From contig JAAYKM010000032.1 of NCBI GenBank assembly GCA_012522415.1, forward strand, positions 2,414-66,413: DNA of 64,000 nucleotides. Reading direction: 5' to 3'. The stretch is from Deltaproteobacteria bacterium (GTDB taxonomy: Bacteria; Desulfobacterota; Syntrophia; Syntrophales; JAAYKM01). The notes under the pieces were generated by a model that saw nothing but the letters and a program-made list of their open reading frames with translations, was not told the origin of the DNA and did no database searches. Shown here piece after piece: positions 59,317 to 64,000 of the stretch. Numbering within the stretch: the stretch's first letter is position 1; each line of letters opens with the position of its first letter. The translations under genes and the position numbers were made by a program.

Positions 59317-61155
59317 TTGACCGGGTACGTTTCCCAAGAAAAGATTGACGAGATCAGAGACAGGGTCGATATCGTTCATCTGATATCAGAGTATGTTACC
59401 CTGAAAAAAATGGGCCGCAATTTCACTGGACTTTGTCCCTTCCATAAGGAAAAAACACCCTCATTTACTGTCAGGCCGGACAAGCAGATCTTCTTTTGCT
59501 TTGGTTGCGGCCTTGGGGGGAATGCATTTTCTTTTCTGATGCATATCAACGGTATGACATTCCCGGAGGCAATCCGTTATCTGGCTTCAAAAACTGGGGT
59601 TTCGCTTCCCGGGTCTCCATCCCACGCACGAACCGCTGCACGATCAAGCGAGAAAGAACAAATTTATCTCGTCAACAAGGAAGCTTCTCAATGGTTTGTC
59701 AGAAATCTTGCGATGAAGGAGAATGCATCTATCCGTGCCTACTTGGGAAACCGGGGGATTACGCCAGGGGTGATTGAGGCCTTTAGTCTGGGATATGCGC
59801 CCAATAATTGGAGCGGTCTGCGGAACCATTTTGAACGTGGGAAAATCGCGGTTGAATGGGCTGAAAAAGCGGGGCTGGTCGTTACCGGAAGGGAAGGGTC
59901 ATATTATGACCGTTTCCGGGGGCGATTGATGATTCCCATTGAAGATACGGAAGGACGTATTATCGCATTCGGGGGAAGGTTGCTGGATCAGGGTGAACCG
60001 AAGTATCTGAATTCCCCGGAAACACCCGTTTACATCAAGGGACGGTGCCTTTACGGATTGAGCAAATCCAGGGAGTATATTCGGAAAGAAGGCCACGCGA
60101 TTCTTGTCGAGGGATATTTTGATTTCCTGTCCCTGTGGGGCGCAGGGATTCATTCCGTGGTCGCATCTTTGGGGACGGCGCTTACGCAGGAGCAGGTGGC
60201 TCTGCTCCGGCGTTACACTCAGAAAGTCTTTGTTGCATTTGATGCCGATGTGGCGGGTCAAAGAGCCCTGATGCGGAGTTTCGAACTTTTTCTGGCGGCC
60301 GATATCGACGCATTGGCCGTGACGTTGCCGGCTGGAGGTGACCCGGACAACTTCATCCGGGCTTATGGGAAGGAAGGGTTTTTGGAGGCCATCGGTGCTG
60401 CCCAGCCGCTTGAGACTTATTGTTTGGATCAGTTGTGGGGGGGCGAAAAAACGTTGATTGGTGAAAAAAACGCAGTCAAAAAGGCGGTTCAACTTAGCCT
60501 GAATATTACTGACCCCATCGCCCGGAATCTCTTTCTCCGACGAATCTCCGAACGATTCGGTGTTGATTATGAGGTACTGCAACGAGAGGTTCGCGGCACA
60601 CAGAACATTTCATTACCTCCTGCATCGAATCGACAAACGGACAGCCATAAGGGTTCCGTGGCTGATCGGGTCGACAAACTGGAGTTGTCGATTGTTCATC
60701 TGATGCTGGAAAAACCGAATAAGATTCGACGTGTTGTAGAGGACAATGCTCTCACATATTTTTCTGAGGGGAGTTTGAAAGTCCTCGCCGAGCAAATCGC
60801 AACGACTGTGGGAAGGGACGGCAGGGGAATGATCGATCTGGATGGTTTGGTTGGCCTACTCGACCGTCCGTCCATCCGGGAAGCTGTTCTGCGGCTGGTC
60901 ATGGAGGAACAGCCGATTTCTGACGAACTTGCTGATCGCATATATGACGATGTCTTGAACAAGCTGAGACGTCGATGGTTCAAAAAGAAGCGTGGGAATC
61001 TGCAGGCGAAACTGGTTAAAGCGCAACAGGATCGAAACGAAACTTTACAGCTGACCTTGATACAGGAAATTGAATACCTCGTACAAGAAGAAAAAAAGCG
61101 TGTTGTCGGCAATCATGGGGATATACTGAAATTCCGGGAGAGGGCAAATGGATAA
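59317..61155 (+). CDS. dnaG: DNA primase
   Basis: [13 protein letters not shown] zinc finger, a TOPRIM domain (ILVEGYFD...[11 protein letters not shown]). TTG start. Confidence 0.92.
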   Translation: MTGYVSQEKIDEIRDRVDIVHLISEYVTLKKMGRNFTGLCPFHKEKTPSFTVRPDKQIFFCFGCGLGGNAFSFLMHINGMTFPEAIRYLASKTGVSLPGSPSHARTAARSSEKEQIYLVNKEASQWFVRNLAMKENASIRAYLGNRGITPGVIEAFSLGYAPNNWSGLRNHFERGKIAVEWAEKAGLVVTGREGSYYDRFRGRLMIPIEDTEGRIIAFGGRLLDQGEPKYLNSPETPVYIKGRCLYGLSKSREYIRKEGHAILVEGYFDFLSLWGAGIHSVVASLGTALTQEQVALLRRYTQKVFVAFDADVAGQRALMRSFELFLAADIDALAVTLPAGGDPDNFIRAYGKEGFLEAIGAAQPLETYCLDQLWGGEKTLIGEKNAVKKAVQLSLNITDPIARNLFLRRISERFGVDYEVLQREVRGTQNISLPPASNRQTDSHKGSVADRVDKLELSIVHLMLEKPNKIRRVVEDNALTYFSEGSLKVLAEQIATTVGRDGRGMIDLDGLVGLLDRPSIREAVLRLVMEEQPISDELADRIYDDVLNKLRRRWFKKKRGNLQAKLVKAQQDRNETLQLTLIQEIEYLVQEEKKRVVGNHGDILKFRERANG

Positions 61156-62836
61156 AGAAATCAAGTCAGAGGAATTTAAAAAATTGCTGTCATTGGGCGA
61201 GGAAAAGGGCTTTCTCACCTACGATGATGTGAACGATTTATTGCCCACAGAGATTGTCTCTTCCGAGCAGATCGACGATATCCTGATCCTATTCGGCGAG
61301 AAGAACATCGATATCATTGATCCCGAAAAAGAAGAAATCCCGCAGATCAAAAAGGTTGCCGAGGATCGAAGTAAGACCAAGGAAGGGAATGTCCTCGGAC
61401 TTATCTCCACGGTCGGAAAAACTGGTGATCCCGTAAAAATGTATCTTCGAGAGATGGGCCTCGTGTCCTTACTGAGCCGGGAAGGAGAAGTGGAGATTGC
61501 AAAAAAAATTGAAGATGGTCTCAAAGAAGGCATGGACTCTGTTTTCTCCTCACGCCTGTCTATTAGAGAGATAATGGACCTGGGAGAGGAGTTGCGCAGT
61601 GGTGAAGTGCGGATCAAAAACCTCGTCGATAACCTTGATGACGAGGAAGGGAGTCTCGAAGAGGATACGCAAAAAATTCGGATACTCAACCTGATCGACA
61701 AGATCGCCAACCTGGACAGAAAAAATGAGGAAATCAGAAAAAAACTCAAATCCAGGGGGCTTGATGAAGATGAAAAGGAAGCCCTCAAAGCGGGTATAAT
61801 CAAGAACCACAAGCAAATTATCCGGCATTGTCGCAAAATCCGCTTTAACCAGAAACAGATTGATCGCATGATCGGCCGGATCAAGCAGGCCTTGTCAGAT
61901 ATTGAAGCCGCTGAGGAAAAAATTCAGTCCTGCAGGGATGAATCTTGCCTGTCACGTGCCCAGTTGGAGAAACTTTGGGTGCGTATGCGTAAATTCCCCG
62001 AAGAGGAAAAAATCATCCAGCGCGAAACAGGCATCAATGCCGCGAAATTACGGCATTATGAGGAAACAATCAAGAGTGCAGACAGGGAAATAAAAAGGAT
62101 TGCCGCTGAATCCGCCCACACACCCTCATCTCTGAAAAAATTGGTAATCGCTATGGAAAAAGGAGAACGCAAGGCAGAGCGGGCGAAGCGGAAGCTTGTG
62201 GAAGCCAACCTCCGTCTTGTGGTCAGTATTGCCAAAAAATACACCAATCGCGGTTTGCAGTTTCTTGATTTAATTCAGGAAGGCAATATCGGCCTCATGA
62301 AGGCGGTGGAAAAATTTGAGTATCAGCGGAGGTACAAGTTCTCAACCTACGCCACCTGGTGGATCCGTCAGGCCATCACCCGGGCCATTGCCGATCAGGC
62401 GAGGACCATTCGTATTCCAGTCCATATGATTGAAACCATTAATAAACTGATTCGTACATCCAGATACCTTGTTCAGGAACTAGGCCGGGAACCGAACCCC
62501 GAGGAAATTGCCAACAAAAAGGGCTATCCCTTGGATAAAGTGAGGAAAGTCCTGAAGATTGCCAAGGAACCCATTTCCCTGGAAACCCCCATCGGTGAGG
62601 AGGAGGACAGCCACTTGGGAGATTTCATTGAAGACAAGAAGATCATGTCCCCCTCTGAGGCCACGATCAGTATGGATCTGGCCGACCAGACCAGGAAAAT
62701 CCTGGCCACTCTTACACCCAGGGAGGAAAAGGTTGTGCGAATGCGTTTCGGAATCAGTGAACGGATCGAATACCAGGAAGATGAAGACCGCCGCTATAGG
62801 GAAGTTGCAGGCGGTTCCGCTCTTGAAGGAGAGTAA
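61148..62836 (+). CDS. rpoD: primary sigma factor RpoD (sigma70) with an aberrant or truncated 3' end
   Basis: Regions 1.1 to 4.1 are canonical ([11 protein letters not shown]; [40 protein letters not shown]; TIRIPVHM; [15 protein letters not shown]). After RMRFGI the sequence reads [26 protein letters not shown] instead of the region 4.2 HTH. Confidence 0.85.
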   Translation: MDKEIKSEEFKKLLSLGEEKGFLTYDDVNDLLPTEIVSSEQIDDILILFGEKNIDIIDPEKEEIPQIKKVAEDRSKTKEGNVLGLISTVGKTGDPVKMYLREMGLVSLLSREGEVEIAKKIEDGLKEGMDSVFSSRLSIREIMDLGEELRSGEVRIKNLVDNLDDEEGSLEEDTQKIRILNLIDKIANLDRKNEEIRKKLKSRGLDEDEKEALKAGIIKNHKQIIRHCRKIRFNQKQIDRMIGRIKQALSDIEAAEEKIQSCRDESCLSRAQLEKLWVRMRKFPEEEKIIQRETGINAAKLRHYEETIKSADREIKRIAAESAHTPSSLKKLVIAMEKGERKAERAKRKLVEANLRLVVSIAKKYTNRGLQFLDLIQEGNIGLMKAVEKFEYQRRYKFSTYATWWIRQAITRAIADQARTIRIPVHMIETINKLIRTSRYLVQELGREPNPEEIANKKGYPLDKVRKVLKIAKEPISLETPIGEEEDSHLGDFIEDKKIMSPSEATISMDLADQTRKILATLTPREEKVVRMRFGISERIEYQEDEDRRYREVAGGSALEGE

Positions 62837-62965
62837 GCGTCAGGATAATCATATTGGGACGGGGCCATTCGGGTGAACCTGATAACGGGTTCCGATGAAT
62901 TAGGATTTGACACCGGGAGATAATTGTTATAACTGTCTGCGAAGTTTTTCAATCATAGGGACGTA

Positions 62966-63041
62966 GGGCCCATAGCTCAATTGGTAGAGCCACCGGCTCA
63001 TAACCGGTAGGTCCCTGGTTCGAACCCAGGTGGGCCCACCA
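62966..63041 (+). tRNA. tRNA with CAU anticodon (Met, or Ile2 read via lysidine)
   Basis: It folds as a cloverleaf: acceptor GGGCCCA/TGGGCCC, D arm GCTC-AATTGGTA-GAGC, anticodon arm ACCGG-CTCATAA-CCGGT, T arm CCTGG-TTCGAAC-CCAGG, and an encoded CCA. G1-C72 is paired, so it is not an initiator. Confidence 0.9.
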
Positions 63042-63153
63042 AGTTGTTCCATAAAGCGGGAAGAAGTATAGGCTATGCGTATGAAGGGTAAAGTTTTACC
63101 GGCGCGATTCAATATGGAAACACGAGTTTCGGCAGAAGCTTGCCTCTAAATGA

Positions 63154-63179
63154 ATGCACCTCTAGCGGGTGCATTTTTT
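63154..63179 (+). terminator. rho-independent terminator downstream of the tRNA
   Basis: ATGCACC-TCTAGCG-GGTGCAT followed by TTTTTT. Confidence 0.7.
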
Positions 63180-63211
63180 CTACCAAATTATCTGGGGAAA
63201 GGGAGAAATAA

Positions 63212-63931
63212 TTGATAGAAGACCTTCAGTTGTTCATCTAACTGCAAAGAAGTGATTCCGATGCGGCACGGATCAAAATAAAAAAGAAGGAACTGCCGGA
63301 GCGTATTGCGAGGCTTGATCAAGCCTTCCAGATCATGCAACAGAAGCTAGAGGATTTTCGAGTTCATCTGGAAGATTTGCGCAGCCAGTACCGGGAAAGG
63401 GAGGACAAACTGAGACAGGGACAGGACGGGTTGAAGAAAGCCAGGGAACGTCTCGAGTTAGTCAAAAATAACAAAGAATATCAAGCTATTCTCAAAGAAA
63501 TCGATAGCATGGAAAAGAAGAACGGTGATGTGGAATCGGAGATCATTGGCCTTTTCGATGCCATAGATAAGGAAAACGGTGAGTTGGAACAGCGGGAGAA
63601 GGACTTTGCTGGGGAGTCAAACGCCTATCAAACGAACCGGAATAAACTGGAACTGGAAATGAAGTCTCTTGATGAAAGTATTGCCGAATGCCAGGCGAGA
63701 AACGGGCGGATTAGAGGCTCCCTCGGGGAAAATCTGATCCGCAAATATGAGGCCATCCGGAACCTGCATAGGGACGTTGCCGTTGTTTCTGTCTGGAAGG
63801 GGGTCTGCAACGGCTGTCATATGAACATACCTCCTCAGATGTATAATGAATTGCAGAAGACCACCGTGTTGATGTCCTGTCCCCATTGCAACCGTATTAT
63901 TTACTGGCAAAATGCGGAAGAAAATTCTTAG
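63212..63931 (+). pseudogene. COG1579-type zinc-ribbon / coiled-coil protein interrupted by an in-frame TAA at 63239-63241
   Basis: The track ORF 63335..63931 has a long coiled coil and a C-terminal CNGCHMNIPPQ...CPHCNRI zinc ribbon. The same frame upstream reads (TTG)IEDLQLFI*LQRSDSDAARIKIKKKELPERIARLDQAFQI with a GGGAG SD before the TTG. The full span of 240 codons fits the family length I recall. Confidence 0.6.
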
Positions 63932-64000
63932 TCACTCCCGGTCGATATCGATATTGATTCGGCTCCGGGATAGTCTGTGAGCAATCTTCAAAAATTATAT

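Noticed and set aside
62907-62933. TTGACA ... TATAAC as a promoter for the tRNA
   Set aside because: The spacer is only 15 nt, outside the usual 16-18 range. The tRNA may instead be co-transcribed with rpoD, so I did not list this as a feature.

Overview
This 64 kb window looks like a core chromosomal segment of an anaerobic Deltaproteobacteria-like organism. That taxonomic call is an inference from gene content and protein style only; no search was run. It is densely packed with housekeeping genes on both strands: pfk, rpmB, mtaB-rnc, ettA, maf-yggS, kpsF, lpxH, queDEC, nadK-recN, mltA, groES-groEL, ileS-lspA, hisI/G/B/A and yqeY-dnaG-rpoD followed by a tRNA(CAU). Accessory modules are a three-subunit xanthine-dehydrogenase-family enzyme resembling 4-hydroxybenzoyl-CoA reductase next to a PaaI thioesterase, a 7TM-GAF histidine kinase with a receiver-adenylate cyclase partner, a multi-PAS LuxR regulator, and a TRAP transporter with an ADP-forming acyl-CoA synthetase. 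I found no CRISPR array, prophage, defence island or intact mobile element. The most interesting item is missing from the ORF track: a 103-codon minus-strand gene (12038-12349) for a signal-peptide-bearing MerP/HMA-like protein. It has an in-frame TGA at the metal-binding cysteine position and a SECIS-like hairpin just downstream, so it is a candidate secreted selenoprotein. The second notable pattern is an unusual density of lesions in conserved genes. These are in-frame TAG codons in groEL and in the FAD subunit of the Mo-enzyme, an in-frame TAA in a COG1579 zinc-ribbon gene, an aberrant rpoD 3' end, a homopolymer frameshift, and three decayed relics (activase, IS256 transposase, TrkA-C). 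All family calls rest on motif recognition from memory.
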